64,000 nt of DNA, taken from positions 864,001 to 928,000 of the forward strand of contig CAXXHO010000005.1 in NCBI GenBank assembly GCA_963667725.2. The letters run 5' to 3'. The position numbers and the translations under genes were made by a program. The notes under the pieces are model-generated. The model saw only the letters and a list, made by a program, of their open reading frames with translations. It was not told the DNA's origin and did not search any database. The stretch is from Treponemataceae bacterium (GTDB lineage Bacteria > Spirochaetota > Spirochaetia > Treponematales > Rectinemataceae). Positions 43,067 through 53,157 of this stretch are shown here, piece by piece. Position 1 is the first letter of the stretch, and each line of letters starts with the position of its first letter.

Positions 43067-43768
43067 ATGGATCTGATGGAAAGCCTTACGACGATACGAA
43101 TCGGCCCGATGGACGCTGCCATCCGCCTCATCCTGGCCATGCTGGCGGGAGGGTTGGTGGGAATGGAGCGCGAGATGCGCCGACAGACCGCCGGCCTGCG
43201 CACCCATATCCTCATATCGCTCGGTTCCTGCCTCCTGATGATGCTCTCCATCTGGATGCCCCAGTCCGTCGGTCTCGACAAGGGCGATCCGGGGCGCATC
43301 GCCGCCCAGGTTGTGTCGGGCATCGGTTTCCTTGGCGCCGGCGCCTTCATAAAAATCGGCAACAACGTAAAAGGCATGACGACAGCCGCCAGCCTCTGGG
43401 TCGTTGCCGCAATCGGACTGACCATAGGAGGCGGCATGTGGATCGCCGGCCTCATCACCCTCGTTCTCGTCCTGATCGCCCTTGCCGCCCTGGAGCCCGT
43501 TGAGCGCAAGCTTTTCCCTGCCGAGCGTTTTAAATACATCGGCATCTGGTTCGCGGAAAATACGGCCGACCGCGGCAAAGTCCTCGACGTCCTCGCCGAG
43601 CACGGCATACGCGCGCAATCCGTCGACGCGAGCCAGGATGTCGCCAGGCAGTCCACTAAGTTCTCCGTGCTGGCCAAGATCCCCGTCGATGTGGACATCG
43701 AGCGTCTCTTCAGGGACCTTCGCCATATCGGCAACGTCGAAAAGGTGAAAATCGAGGAAAACGCCTAG
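43067..43768 (+). CDS. mgtC: MgtC/SapB-family membrane protein
   Basis: GMERE, AGLRTH, DPGRIAAQVVSGIGFLGAG, GMTTAA. Confidence 0.88.
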   Translation: MDLMESLTTIRIGPMDAAIRLILAMLAGGLVGMEREMRRQTAGLRTHILISLGSCLLMMLSIWMPQSVGLDKGDPGRIAAQVVSGIGFLGAGAFIKIGNNVKGMTTAASLWVVAAIGLTIGGGMWIAGLITLVLVLIALAALEPVERKLFPAERFKYIGIWFAENTADRGKVLDVLAEHGIRAQSVDASQDVARQSTKFSVLAKIPVDVDIERLFRDLRHIGNVEKVKIEENA

Positions 43769-43825
43769 CCGGGGCTGATGGCCACGGGCTAAGCTCGGAC
43801 TTGTTGGATTTGTTCAGGTGAAGAC

Positions 43826-44494
43826 TCAGCGGGCCAGCCAGCTCCTGACGTCGTTCAAGTTTTCAAACACCCGCGCGGCCCTGCGCAGCGCTTCTTCATC
43901 CGGCTGTATCAAATCGGGAACCATCACCGGAATCGTCCCCGCCGCGTAGGCCGAGGCTATTCCGGTGCGAGAATCCTCCAGCACCAGGCAGGAACCGGGG
44001 CTCACACCGAGCCCCGCGGCTGCCTTCAGATATATCTCGGGATCGGGTTTTGTCTTCTCGACCTCATCCCCGCAAATGGTAAAGCTGAAGCGATCAAGAA
44101 TGCCCGCCTTGCGCAGAAGCGGCATGACGCGGGGCCTTGTGGTCGACGTCGCCACGGCTATCGGAATCTTTTCAGCCGCGAAAAAGTCAAAAATATCAAG
44201 GAGGCCGTGTTTGAGCGGAACTTCATTCTCGCGGAAATAATCGGCTTCCAGGGCGAGCCTAGTAGCCCTGATGGCGTCGTAAGGGAATTCGGGCCCATGC
44301 GTTTCCATCATGAACAGCCTGCCGGAGGCGCTCGACTGTCCGACGAGGCTCATGAGCACTTCGGGGCCGATGTCCCAACCGTGCGCGGCTCCCGCCTTTG
44401 TCCAAAGCTCATGCGCGATCCGTTCGGTATCAAACATGAGCCCATCCATATCGAAGGCGACCGCCTCGATCGCGAAACCCTCCACGCATAGCAT
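43826..44494 (-). CDS. HAD-family phosphatase
   Basis: FDMDGLMFDTE, VATST, KPDPEIY, LEDSRTG. Confidence 0.9.
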   Translation of the reverse strand: MLCVEGFAIEAVAFDMDGLMFDTERIAHELWTKAGAAHGWDIGPEVLMSLVGQSSASGRLFMMETHGPEFPYDAIRATRLALEADYFRENEVPLKHGLLDIFDFFAAEKIPIAVATSTTRPRVMPLLRKAGILDRFSFTICGDEVEKTKPDPEIYLKAAAGLGVSPGSCLVLEDSRTGIASAYAAGTIPVMVPDLIQPDEEALRRAARVFENLNDVRSWLAR

Positions 44495-44639
44495 TCCCGT
44501 ACTCCTCAAAAACTGGTTGTGCTATAATGTACTATTCTATGCAAGCATGAAAAGCGCTTACCCCTTCAGCCACAGCTCTTTGGCTAAAATCTCGCGATCG
44601 GCAGTCAAATGCGCCGAAAAACCAGCCCGTGCCATTCCG

Positions 44640-44668
44640 TTGACTTTTTTCCGCCCAGCTTGTATATT
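44640..44668 (+). promoter_or_regulatory. sigma70-type promoter of the tRNA gene
   Basis: TTGACT-17 bp-TATATT followed by a GC-rich segment. Confidence 0.55.
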
Positions 44669-44722
44669 TTTTGCCGCGCCCGGAGGGTGAATAGTCCCTC
44701 GTGGCGTTCCGCTTGATTGCGC

Positions 44723-44796
44723 GGGCCCATAGCTCAGTTGGTTAGAGCCGCGGACTCATAATCCGTTGGTCCCTGGTTCAAGTCCAGGTGGGCCCA
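44723..44796 (+). tRNA. tRNA with CAU anticodon, most likely tRNA-Ile2 (lysidine)
   Basis: cloverleaf: GGGCCCA/TGGGCCC acceptor stem, AGCTCAGTTGGTTAGAGC D arm, GCGGA-CTCATAA-TCCGT anticodon arm, GGTTCAAGTCC T arm; paired 1-72 argues against initiator tRNA; CCA not encoded. Confidence 0.93.
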
Positions 44797-44894
44797 TATC
44801 GCAATTCTTTTAATCTCCCGCCAGTTCAAGCTCCACACAACCTTCTCGGCTGATCTTTATCCGACTGCCTCGGGCATGGGCGCGTCAGGCGTCC

Positions 44895-46484
44895 CTAATC
44901 CTTCAGGCACTTCTTCGCCGCAAGTCTGCCCGTCATGATCGCCGTTGGGCCCCCTGCGGGGCTGTACACCCACTTCCCGGCGGCGTAGACATCGGGCAGG
45001 GCCGTCTTTACGGAATCTGCCATGCGGAACATGCTCGTCACCACGGGTATGGCCTGCTCGAAAGACCAGCCAACGATGGAGCCCTCGGAGCTACCCGCTC
45101 GCTCGAGGATGGAGAGGGGCGAGAAAGAGAAGCTGAACAGCTTTTTCTCCTTGATTCCGGGGTAGATGCTCGACGAGATGACCTCGATGAATTCGTCTTC
45201 CACGAGCCGCTTGAACGACTCGTACCAGCCCGCGGCCTTGATCCTCCGCGTGAGCTCGTAGCTGAACAAGGCGCTGATGATGACTCCCGTCTTTCCCGGC
45301 GGGGCCGCGTCGGGATCGCGCAGGGCGGGAATGGAAATCTCGAAGGTGTTGTAGCGGCAGAACCCGCGAAGCCAGGCGGAGATTTCATCCCGCTGGACCG
45401 AGTCCCAACGCGCGAGCATGCCATCCAGTTCGGAGCTATGGATCTGCCCTAGTCCGTTTTTATCGGGGGTGTAGAACAGGTGCCCGCTCGCTATCTTGCC
45501 GAAGGCCTCGGGCGGAAGATCCACGCCCAGGAATACCGAGTAAACTGATTCAGCTCCCTTGCTCGCGAGGATCTTTTCCTTGCGCTGGATGAACGAAGCC
45601 CGCGACTTCTCCGCCATTCCCGTCGATTCGCTCATCGCGTACAGGGCTTTGAGGTCTCCGGCCCAGACCATCTTTTCGTAATGATACGCGGCGCCGGAGG
45701 AGTCGGTTATCACCTTCGCGCCGGGCTCGACTTTGACAATTTCAGTATCGAGGCGCACTTCCCCGCCGCGCTCTTGTATCGCGGCCTCCAGCTTCTGGAT
45801 AAAGGCGCCCACGCCGCCCTTGGGATAGACGTAGTCGTTGTAGAGCGCGAAATAGCTCAGGGCGAAAAAAACCGGCGTCTTGCGGAAGAAATGCTGGCCT
45901 ATGATGTCCTTCAAAGACTGATTTGAGGAGAGCTCGTCGAGGCGCTCCTCGAAAGGCGTGTCCATCTTGGAGATGCGGTGCATCGTCCTCATGAGTCTCA
46001 CCAGCCAAGCGACGAGCGAAGGCGCGAGGACGAGGATGTTTTTCCTCTTTTTGGTGAAGAGGGGATTGTCGACTCCGTAGAGGACTTTCATGTCCTCGAT
46101 GATGGAGCGGATAGCCTCGATGATCCTATCGACATCGCCTTCGCTGCCTGGATAGAGCCTTTTCAGCATGTCGGCGTAGGTGTGGAGGCCCTCTTCCCCT
46201 TCGATCCGGATGATCGAGTCCTCTATGCCGAGTGTGATCGGATTGGGCAGGATCTCGATGTCGATGCCGAATTCCTTGATCATTGGCCCCACCAGCCCAG
46301 CGTTCACCAAAGCCCGCGCCCCGCCCTCGAAGCGGAAGCCCCCGCGCTCGAAGGAGTTCATTAGCCCGCCGCAATGCTCGTTCTTTTCGATGAGGAGGAC
46401 GTCTTTGCCCTTTCGCGCGAGGCTCAATGCCGCGGTGAGGCCGGCGAGGCCCCCGCCTACGACGATGATATCCTTGTTCGTCAT
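44895..46484 (-). CDS. FAD-dependent oxidoreductase, phytoene desaturase-like
   Basis: IIVVGGGLAGL, EKNEHCGG, YPKGG, APPGK, GSIVGW. Confidence 0.85.
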   Translation of the reverse strand: MTNKDIIVVGGGLAGLTAALSLARKGKDVLLIEKNEHCGGLMNSFERGGFRFEGGARALVNAGLVGPMIKEFGIDIEILPNPITLGIEDSIIRIEGEEGLHTYADMLKRLYPGSEGDVDRIIEAIRSIIEDMKVLYGVDNPLFTKKRKNILVLAPSLVAWLVRLMRTMHRISKMDTPFEERLDELSSNQSLKDIIGQHFFRKTPVFFALSYFALYNDYVYPKGGVGAFIQKLEAAIQERGGEVRLDTEIVKVEPGAKVITDSSGAAYHYEKMVWAGDLKALYAMSESTGMAEKSRASFIQRKEKILASKGAESVYSVFLGVDLPPEAFGKIASGHLFYTPDKNGLGQIHSSELDGMLARWDSVQRDEISAWLRGFCRYNTFEISIPALRDPDAAPPGKTGVIISALFSYELTRRIKAAGWYESFKRLVEDEFIEVISSSIYPGIKEKKLFSFSFSPLSILERAGSSEGSIVGWSFEQAIPVVTSMFRMADSVKTALPDVYAAGKWVYSPAGGPTAIMTGRLAAKKCLKD

Positions 46485-47449
46485 AGATTCACCCCCTTTT
46501 GACTGAGCAAAGCTATCGTCTTTTCCCATAGAGCCTCGGCCGCTTCCATGTCGCGCGCGGGAGGCGCCAGTTCCTCTTCTGTCGTCAGATGGAAGAATAC
46601 ATCGCTGGTTTTCGCTAGCGCCTTGGACGTCCCTAGAAAATAGAGGGCTTCCGCGGATTTGTCCGGAGTCGCCGAACGCGCGTCGATGAAGTTCCGCTTG
46701 TACCATTTGTACAGCTTGCCGTTGTCTTTGCCCGTCTCGGTCCGCACCATGCCCGGATGCATGGCGTTGATGGTCACTCCGAGCGGCTCGAGTTCCCTTG
46801 CGATGAGGTGCATCGACAGAAGCTGGGCCAGCTTTCCGGCTCCGTAGGCCTTGAGCCCGGAATACTTATTCCATTCCCACTGGAGGTCGTCCAGATTGAG
46901 TCCCCACACGGCGAACCGATAGCCCTCGGAACCGACGAAAATGATTCTGCCCGTTCTATCCCGGCTCAGCTTGGGCATGAGCATCTTGGTAATGACGAAG
47001 GGCGCGAGGTAGTGGAGGGCGAAATTGGTCTCGAGGCCGTCGGCGGTTTCATGCCGGGTTTCGAGGTGAATACCCGCGTTGTGGATCATAACGTCGATCG
47101 GCTGTTCCAGCCCGGCCAGATAGCGTCCAGCGCGCTGAATGTCCGAGAGCAGTGAGAGGTCGGCGGTGAAGTATTCCGCCCGGACGCCGAAGTCGTCGGC
47201 GATTTCCCCGCAAACTCGCTCGGATTTCTCGCCGTTCCTGTTTATCATGACGAGCCGAGCGCCCATGGCAGCGTATTTCCGCGCCGCGCAGAGACCGATG
47301 CCCGAGGTGGCGCCCGTGATGGCTACCAGCTTGCCGGCGAAGGGCTCAGCGCAGAACTCGGGCTCTTTCTTCATGTTCTTGAGCATCGCCTGGATGTTCG
47401 ACCATTTGTATTGCGGCCAGTACCGCCGGATCGCCTGTTTACGTATCAC
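46481..47449 (-). CDS. short-chain dehydrogenase (retinol-dehydrogenase-like subgroup)
   Basis: ITGATSGIG, HNAG, YGAGK, MHPGMVRT; GTG start after AAGGAG. Confidence 0.88.
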   Translation of the reverse strand: MIRKQAIRRYWPQYKWSNIQAMLKNMKKEPEFCAEPFAGKLVAITGATSGIGLCAARKYAAMGARLVMINRNGEKSERVCGEIADDFGVRAEYFTADLSLLSDIQRAGRYLAGLEQPIDVMIHNAGIHLETRHETADGLETNFALHYLAPFVITKMLMPKLSRDRTGRIIFVGSEGYRFAVWGLNLDDLQWEWNKYSGLKAYGAGKLAQLLSMHLIARELEPLGVTINAMHPGMVRTETGKDNGKLYKWYKRNFIDARSATPDKSAEALYFLGTSKALAKTSDVFFHLTTEEELAPPARDMEAAEALWEKTIALLSQKGVNL

Positions 47450-47567
47450 TGGCTCCTTATATTTATTTTTACATTATAGCAAGGCGTTATGCGCCAAGCA
47501 ATGCGGATGCTGAGACGGATTGCGCAGCCCTTGTGCGACGCCTGTGGATATGGTAGGTATGTCGACA

Positions 47568-48167
47568 ATGAAGACCAAGTACGTCCTCTGTGTCTTCCTG
47601 GCCATCATGGCCGGGCTGGTAGCCTTCGCCGTCTTTTTCAAGGCCGAATTCATCGCCCTTCTCAACCGGCCCGCCTTGCGCGGCCACGCTCTCTTCGTCC
47701 ACATCACCGCCGCCACCCTCTTCTTCGCCAACGCGGCCGTGGGCATGATCTGGGAAAAGCGCAGCTTGGCCTCGGGCAGCAAGGAAGTGATCCTCCACAC
47801 CTTCACCACCGTGGCCTGGATAGACGCGCGCTTCTCCTCGCCCCTCATCATCCTCTCGCTGGTCTCGGGCCTCATGCTCGCCTTCATCCTGGGGGACCTC
47901 TGGACGATCGGCTGGCTTTCGACGGCATTCGTCCTCTTCATGCTCTCTGGGCTGTTCTGGATCGTCAGCGATATCCCCACCCAGTACAAAGTCAAGCGCC
48001 TCATGGCGAGCCTCAAGGCCGACGACCAAGCCCTCCCCGGGGAGCTTGTCCGGCTGTTGAGGCTGCGCTGGTGGATAAGCCTTGGCGGCGTGGTTCCCCT
48101 CGCGGCGGTGTTCGCGCTGATGGTCTACAAACCGGACATTTCGGCCGTGGCGATGTGGTTCAGGTAA
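47568..48167 (+). CDS. DUF2269-like membrane protein
   Basis: about five TM segments, FVHITAA, C-terminal LMVYKP; start uncertain (47559 or 47568). Confidence 0.7.
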   Translation: MKTKYVLCVFLAIMAGLVAFAVFFKAEFIALLNRPALRGHALFVHITAATLFFANAAVGMIWEKRSLASGSKEVILHTFTTVAWIDARFSSPLIILSLVSGLMLAFILGDLWTIGWLSTAFVLFMLSGLFWIVSDIPTQYKVKRLMASLKADDQALPGELVRLLRLRWWISLGGVVPLAAVFALMVYKPDISAVAMWFR

Positions 48168-48222
48168 AGGAGCGTGTCCCATTCAGCGCGGAGCGTATCC
48201 TCCCTGCCGGCGCGGCGCGGAG

Positions 48223-49257
48223 TCACGCTGTGGGAGCGGTGATCGAGCGGATGCTTCCGCGTATGATCAATTCGCCGCCGATGGATACCTTTTCGGAGGG
48301 CCGGCCCGGATCGGCGATACGGTCGAGGAGGAGCCGCATGGCGCGCCGCCCGATCGAGCGGTTGGAGACCTTCACGGAGCTGAGGCATGGCTCCATGAAC
48401 TCGTCGGAGGGGAGGTTGTCGAAGCCGACGATCGAAACGTCATCGGGGATGCTCTTGCCGGCGTCCTTCAAGGCTTGGATGCAGGCGTACGCGATGAAGT
48501 CGTTGACGCAGAACAAAGCGCTCGGCAGGTCCCCGGCGTTGGCGAGCAGCTTCGTCATGTCCTGCCTTCCCTTGTCGAAGGTCGGGTCGATCGCGAAGCA
48601 GTCGGCGGCGGCCACGGGCAATCCCAGGCGGTCCATCGTCTCCATGAAAGCATGCTCGCGTAGCCGGAAATTCCTTGTTTCGATCAGGCTCTTCACGAGG
48701 CCTATGCGGCGATGCCCGGCGCCGTGGAGATATTCCAGGGCTGCGCGCACCGAGGACTCGTTGTTCATGTCGACGAAGTCCAGGTCGAGCCATGGGCGGT
48801 AGGTGTAGACGACGACTATCGGCACCGACACCTCCGAGAAGAACTCGAGATCATCGTCATCCAGCGCCGATCCGAGTATGACCGCGCCGTCAATCATATC
48901 GGTGTTGAGGGCCTGCAGCACCTTTTGCGGATCGAATCCTTCCAATATCTGAATCTCGACGCGATAGTTCTCCGCCTTGGCCTCCTCTTCGAGGCCGGCG
49001 ATGTATTCGGAGATGAAGATGCGGTGAGCCTGGTAGGTGACTTGGCCCTGCTTGGCGATGTAGAGCATTCGGATCGCGCGCGTGCTCGCCGAGGGCGGCC
49101 GCTTCGATTTTTTCTGTTCATAGCCGAGCTTGGCGGCGATCGCGAGAACCTTGTCCCGTGTTTCCTGCCCGACGCCCGGCTTGTTGTTGAGGACGAAGGA
49201 GACCGCGGCCGGCGAGATGCCAGCCAAGTCCGCTATCTCGCGAATTGTTGCTGCCAT
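48223..49257 (-). CDS. LacI-family transcriptional regulator
   Basis: TIREIADLAGISPAAVSFVLN, FCVND, IPDDVSIVGFDN. Confidence 0.93.
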   Translation of the reverse strand: MAATIREIADLAGISPAAVSFVLNNKPGVGQETRDKVLAIAAKLGYEQKKSKRPPSASTRAIRMLYIAKQGQVTYQAHRIFISEYIAGLEEEAKAENYRVEIQILEGFDPQKVLQALNTDMIDGAVILGSALDDDDLEFFSEVSVPIVVVYTYRPWLDLDFVDMNNESSVRAALEYLHGAGHRRIGLVKSLIETRNFRLREHAFMETMDRLGLPVAAADCFAIDPTFDKGRQDMTKLLANAGDLPSALFCVNDFIAYACIQALKDAGKSIPDDVSIVGFDNLPSDEFMEPCLSSVKVSNRSIGRRAMRLLLDRIADPGRPSEKVSIGGELIIRGSIRSITAPTA

Positions 49258-49268
49258 AATGTATGGCT

Positions 49269-49307
49269 ATGATAAACCCAACTTAACAAACTGTCAATGT
49301 TAAGTTG
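49269..49307 (-). promoter_or_regulatory. promoter of the LacI gene with its -35 box inside an inverted repeat
   Basis: minus strand TTGACA(49297-49292)-17 bp-TATCAT(49274-49269); CAACTTAACA-N9-TGTTAAGTTG at 49279-49307. Confidence 0.6.
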
Positions 49308-49405
49308 ATTGTATGAGAATAGCATTCAATAATCCATTAAAATGTGTGAAATATTCGTTAATAACTAAATAGCAGTGTAAAATCTCACTAATTATATGAA
49401 TAATT

Positions 49406-49457
49406 AACTAAAACATTTTAGTTTTTTCTTGACAGCTTTCAAATCTAGATTAATAAT
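49406..49457 (+). promoter_or_regulatory. LacI-type operator and promoter of the GDPD operon
   Basis: AACTAAAA-CA-TTTTAGTT (49406-49423), then TTGACA(49429-49434)-17 bp-AATAAT. Confidence 0.55.
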
Positions 49458-49493
49458 TCAACGATTCCGGAGTCGAGAGAGGGGTTCGCATCG

Positions 49494-50345
49494 ATGATAT
49501 CGATCGCTGTCATACTTGCCGTGCTTGCGCTTGTCGCGGCTCTCTTGTTATGGATGCTATGGCCAGCCTCGCCAAGCCCCGAAATGCGAGTTCTTCTGAA
49601 GGGCCGCAAGTATGCCCATCGAGGCATGTTCGACAACAAGGCTGGGATCCCCGAAAACTCGCTCGCGGCCTTCGGCGCGGCGAGGGACATGGGCTATGGG
49701 ATCGAGCTGGATATCCATCTCGCGAGCGACGGCGAAGTCGTGGTATTCCACGATGACAAGCTCGCCCGCCTGTGCGGCGAAGCGCGGAAGGTCGAGGCCC
49801 TGTCGCTCGCTGAGCTCAAGGCTCTTTCGCTTCTGTCGACCGATCAGAAGATCCCCACCTTGAGGGAGTTGCTCTCCCTTGTGGACGGCAGCGTGCCGCT
49901 CCTCATCGAATTCAAGACGGGACTCCCCGGAAGCGCCGATGTCCGTCCTCTGTGCGAGGCCGCGTCCCGGCTTCTTGACGGATATGAGGGCGATTATCTG
50001 GTGGAAAGCTTCGACGCGAATGTCCTTTCCTGGTTCAAGAACAACCGCCCGAAGGTTATGCGCGGGCAGCTTGCCTTGGGATTTAGAACCTATGAACGCG
50101 CCCTCGGGAAAGAGGGCGCCGCGTCCATCCCCCTTATTCGGCGAAGAATGCTTTCATGGCTTCTGTACAACTATAGATCGAGGCCGCATTTTATTTCCTA
50201 CCGTTTTGAGGATGCCGGCTTGCCTCTGCGAATCTGCATGACGCTCGGCGCCATGGCGGCGGTTTGGACCGTCAGGAAGCGAGAGGATTCCGTTCGACTT
50301 TTGGCGAAATACGATTCCATCATCTTCGAGGGATTCAAGGCATGA
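49494..50345 (+). CDS. glycerophosphodiester phosphodiesterase with N-terminal membrane anchor
   Basis: YAHRG, PENSLAAF, IELDI, VFHD, LIEFK. Confidence 0.9.
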   Translation: MISIAVILAVLALVAALLLWMLWPASPSPEMRVLLKGRKYAHRGMFDNKAGIPENSLAAFGAARDMGYGIELDIHLASDGEVVVFHDDKLARLCGEARKVEALSLAELKALSLLSTDQKIPTLRELLSLVDGSVPLLIEFKTGLPGSADVRPLCEAASRLLDGYEGDYLVESFDANVLSWFKNNRPKVMRGQLALGFRTYERALGKEGAASIPLIRRRMLSWLLYNYRSRPHFISYRFEDAGLPLRICMTLGAMAAVWTVRKREDSVRLLAKYDSIIFEGFKA

Positions 50346-51232
50346 GCGAAAAAAAGTTGGCCGACCCATCAATCAGGAAAATCGCGAAAGGACAGATGTA
50401 TTTCACGGCGATGCTTACGCTTCTCTACGAGCTTCTTCACCTCACTCCGCTGAGGCGCGTCTACCAGAATTTAGTGAGCAAGGCCACCCGAGAAAAGAAG
50501 CGGGTGGGCGACATCCCTATCTTGGAATACTGCGTCGGTTCGCCCAAAGGCAAGCCCCTCGTATTCATGACCCACGGCTACGGCTCCTTCAAGGAGAGGA
50601 TGGCGAACTTCGCCATGCGGCTCGCGGACAAAGGGTATTTCGTCGTCGCTCCGGACGCCCTGGCCCATGGCGAGAGGAACGAACCCGGAAGGTACTCTAT
50701 CCTGCAGGTTGTCGAACGATCCGTGGCCGATATCGACGTTCTCATCGAATATTACAAGGCCAATTCCGATTCGGATACCGAACTTTTTTCCATCGTGGGC
50801 CGTTCGATGGGCGGCTTCGTCGCCTACAGCTACCTAGTGAATGGAAAATATCCGCCCCGGGCCATAGCGCCGACCATATCCTCTCCCGATTCGCGGGATT
50901 TGATGAATTACCAGCTCGGGCTTTCCTACTATGAGAACCACAAGATTCGGCACCTGACCGATCCAGTCGAGATAGCGCGGCGGAACGAGGAACTGGAGGA
51001 GGCGAGCCTCCTGGCGAGGGTCGTCAAGAACGACAAGGTCGCTGTCATCGTCCAGAACATGAGGTTCGATTTCCTCGTGGGGAGCGAGGGAGGCGACAAG
51101 CTGTACGAGGCGTGGAAGGATAAAAGGAAGGACGGAAGCTACCGCTACGTCAAGCCCTTCGCTTTCTTTCATTACATTCCCGATGTCGCCAAGAAGAATG
51201 TCATCGACTTTTTACAGGAGTGGGTTAAATGA
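50342..51232 (+). CDS. alpha/beta-hydrolase (esterase-like)
   Basis: THGYGS, PDALAHGER, nucleophile elbow GRSMGG. Confidence 0.8.
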   Translation: MSEKKLADPSIRKIAKGQMYFTAMLTLLYELLHLTPLRRVYQNLVSKATREKKRVGDIPILEYCVGSPKGKPLVFMTHGYGSFKERMANFAMRLADKGYFVVAPDALAHGERNEPGRYSILQVVERSVADIDVLIEYYKANSDSDTELFSIVGRSMGGFVAYSYLVNGKYPPRAIAPTISSPDSRDLMNYQLGLSYYENHKIRHLTDPVEIARRNEELEEASLLARVVKNDKVAVIVQNMRFDFLVGSEGGDKLYEAWKDKRKDGSYRYVKPFAFFHYIPDVAKKNVIDFLQEWVK

Positions 51233-52284
51233 GTACTCCTATGATCGAGCTGCGCGGAATTCATAAAAGTTACGGTGCCGAGAAGGTCCTCGAAAACCTC
51301 GACCTCCGTATGGAAAAGGGAGGCTTCACCGTCCTCCTCGGCCCTTCGGGCTGCGGCAAATCCACCATTCTCAGGCTGATCGCAGGGCTCGAGACGGCTT
51401 CGGCAGGGGAAGTCCTCATCGATGGCGCCAGCATGCGCGAGGTCCAGCCTGGAGACCGGGGCATCGCCATGGTTTTTCAGAACTACGCCCTCTACCCGAC
51501 GATGACAGTGAGGGAAAACATCGAGTACGGCCTCAAAAATGGCGGCATAGCGAAAAAGGAGAGGGACAGGCGTATCGCCGAGATCGCGGAGCTTGTCGGC
51601 CTCGGCGATTATTTGAAGAAAAAGCCGCAATTCCTGTCAGGCGGGCAGCGCCAGCGCGTCGCCCTAGCGCGCGCCATGGTCAAGCAGCCACGTATTTTCC
51701 TGATGGACGAGCCTCTCTCGAACCTCGACGCGAAGCTCCGCGGCCAGCTGAGGAAGGACCTGATCGAGCTCTACCGGAGGCTTGGAAGCACCTTCGTGTA
51801 CGTGACGCACGACCAGGTGGAGGCGATGTCCCTGGGGACGAAGGTGATCCTGCTCGAAAAAGGCAAGATCCGCCAGGAAGCAACCCCGGAGGAACTATAC
51901 GCCAGACCCGCGAATGTCTTCAGCGCGAGATTCATAGGGACGCCCCCGATGAACATCATCGAGGCGGATCCGGCGACCGCCGCGCGTTTCCCCGGGGCCC
52001 GCCACCTCGGCTTCAGGCCCGAAAAAGCCAGGATCACCGTTGATCGGTCCGCGGTGCCTTCGGGGGATTTGATTTTCCCCGGCGAACTTGTCACTCATGA
52101 GATGCTGGGATCCGAGGTGCTCTATCAGGTCAACGGGCCCGGGTGGAAGGTCCAGGTGAAGCTGTACGAGAATCGAAGGATCCCCTTCGGGCCGGTGTTC
52201 ATCCATGTGGACAGGAAGGATATCTTTTCCTTCGATGGAGATGGAAACAGCATGGAAAGCCCGGCTCCGGGAGGGAACCGATGA
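51229..52284 (+). CDS. carbohydrate ABC transporter ATPase (UgpC/MalK-like)
   Basis: GPSGCGKST, VFQNYALYP, LSGGQRQR, DEPLSNLDA. Confidence 0.93.
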   Translation: MSTPMIELRGIHKSYGAEKVLENLDLRMEKGGFTVLLGPSGCGKSTILRLIAGLETASAGEVLIDGASMREVQPGDRGIAMVFQNYALYPTMTVRENIEYGLKNGGIAKKERDRRIAEIAELVGLGDYLKKKPQFLSGGQRQRVALARAMVKQPRIFLMDEPLSNLDAKLRGQLRKDLIELYRRLGSTFVYVTHDQVEAMSLGTKVILLEKGKIRQEATPEELYARPANVFSARFIGTPPMNIIEADPATAARFPGARHLGFRPEKARITVDRSAVPSGDLIFPGELVTHEMLGSEVLYQVNGPGWKVQVKLYENRRIPFGPVFIHVDRKDIFSFDGDGNSMESPAPGGNR

Positions 52285-53147
52285 AAGCCCTCAAGGCCAG
52301 ACCCTACCTGATGATCGCCCCCGCCATGACCATTTTCGCGGTCTTCGCCCTCTACCCCATCATCTACATGCTTTATCTCAGCTTCTTCAAATGGAATATG
52401 CTTGGTCCGAAGATCTTCATAGGGCTCAAAAACTACGCGAATCTTCTCTCTAGTAAGGAATTCGGCAAGGTTTTCTCCAACTCCCTCTACTACATGGCGC
52501 TGAGCGTCCTCCTCTCGATCGTCATTTCCCTTGCGGTCGCTCTCTTTCTTAAAAAGAAGACGGCGCTCAACGGCTTCCTCCGGGCTTCGATTTTCGCCCC
52601 CTACATTATCTCCCTGGTGTCGGTCTCCCTCATCTGGCTTTGGTTCATGGATCTCGACTATGGACTGCTGAACTTCATCCTCGGGCTGTTTGGGGTCAAA
52701 CCGGTCGATTGGCTCTCCGACAGCCACATGGCTCTCACGTCCCTGGTTATCGTGTCGGTGTGGAAAGGTCTCGGGTTCAACACGCTGATCCTGGCCTCGG
52801 CCCTCCAGGCTATTCCGGAGTACCTCTATGAAGCCGCCGAGCTCGACAAGGCCAAACCTTTTTCGGTATTTCGCTCGATCACCTTGCCGATGATCTCCCC
52901 TACGCTTTTCTTCCTCGCTCTCACGAACATGATCGCCTCCCTCAAGGCTTTCGAGACCGTGGCCCTGATGACTCAGGGGGGGCCGTCCAACTCGACGAAC
53001 ACCTTTGTCTACTACATTTACCAGAATGGTTTCCAGTTCTTCAAGATTGGGTACGCCTCGGCCGCGGGGGTCGTCATGATGCTGTTCATCGGGGCGTTCA
53101 CCATCGCGTATTTCATGGTTCTGGACCGCAGGGTCCATTACCGATAG
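52281..53147 (+). CDS. carbohydrate ABC transporter permease (UgpA-like)
   Basis: FIGLKNY, YEAAELD EAA motif, GGPSNST, GYASA. Confidence 0.9.
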   Translation: MKALKARPYLMIAPAMTIFAVFALYPIIYMLYLSFFKWNMLGPKIFIGLKNYANLLSSKEFGKVFSNSLYYMALSVLLSIVISLAVALFLKKKTALNGFLRASIFAPYIISLVSVSLIWLWFMDLDYGLLNFILGLFGVKPVDWLSDSHMALTSLVIVSVWKGLGFNTLILASALQAIPEYLYEAAELDKAKPFSVFRSITLPMISPTLFFLALTNMIASLKAFETVALMTQGGPSNSTNTFVYYIYQNGFQFFKIGYASAAGVVMMLFIGAFTIAYFMVLDRRVHYR

Positions 53148-53157
53148 GAGGGCGGCG

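Noticed and set aside
40970..43726. 918-aa ORF suggesting a glycerol kinase with a 420-aa N-terminal extension
   Set aside because: The extension is the antisense shadow of the DinB and MgtC genes; glycerol kinase motifs start at 42460, where a -10 box precedes the ATG
44723..44796. tRNA-Met assignment for the CAU tRNA
   Set aside because: The paired 1-72 base and the absence of three consecutive G-C anticodon-stem pairs exclude initiator tRNA; the acceptor stem fits Ile2 better than elongator Met, though this was not modelled
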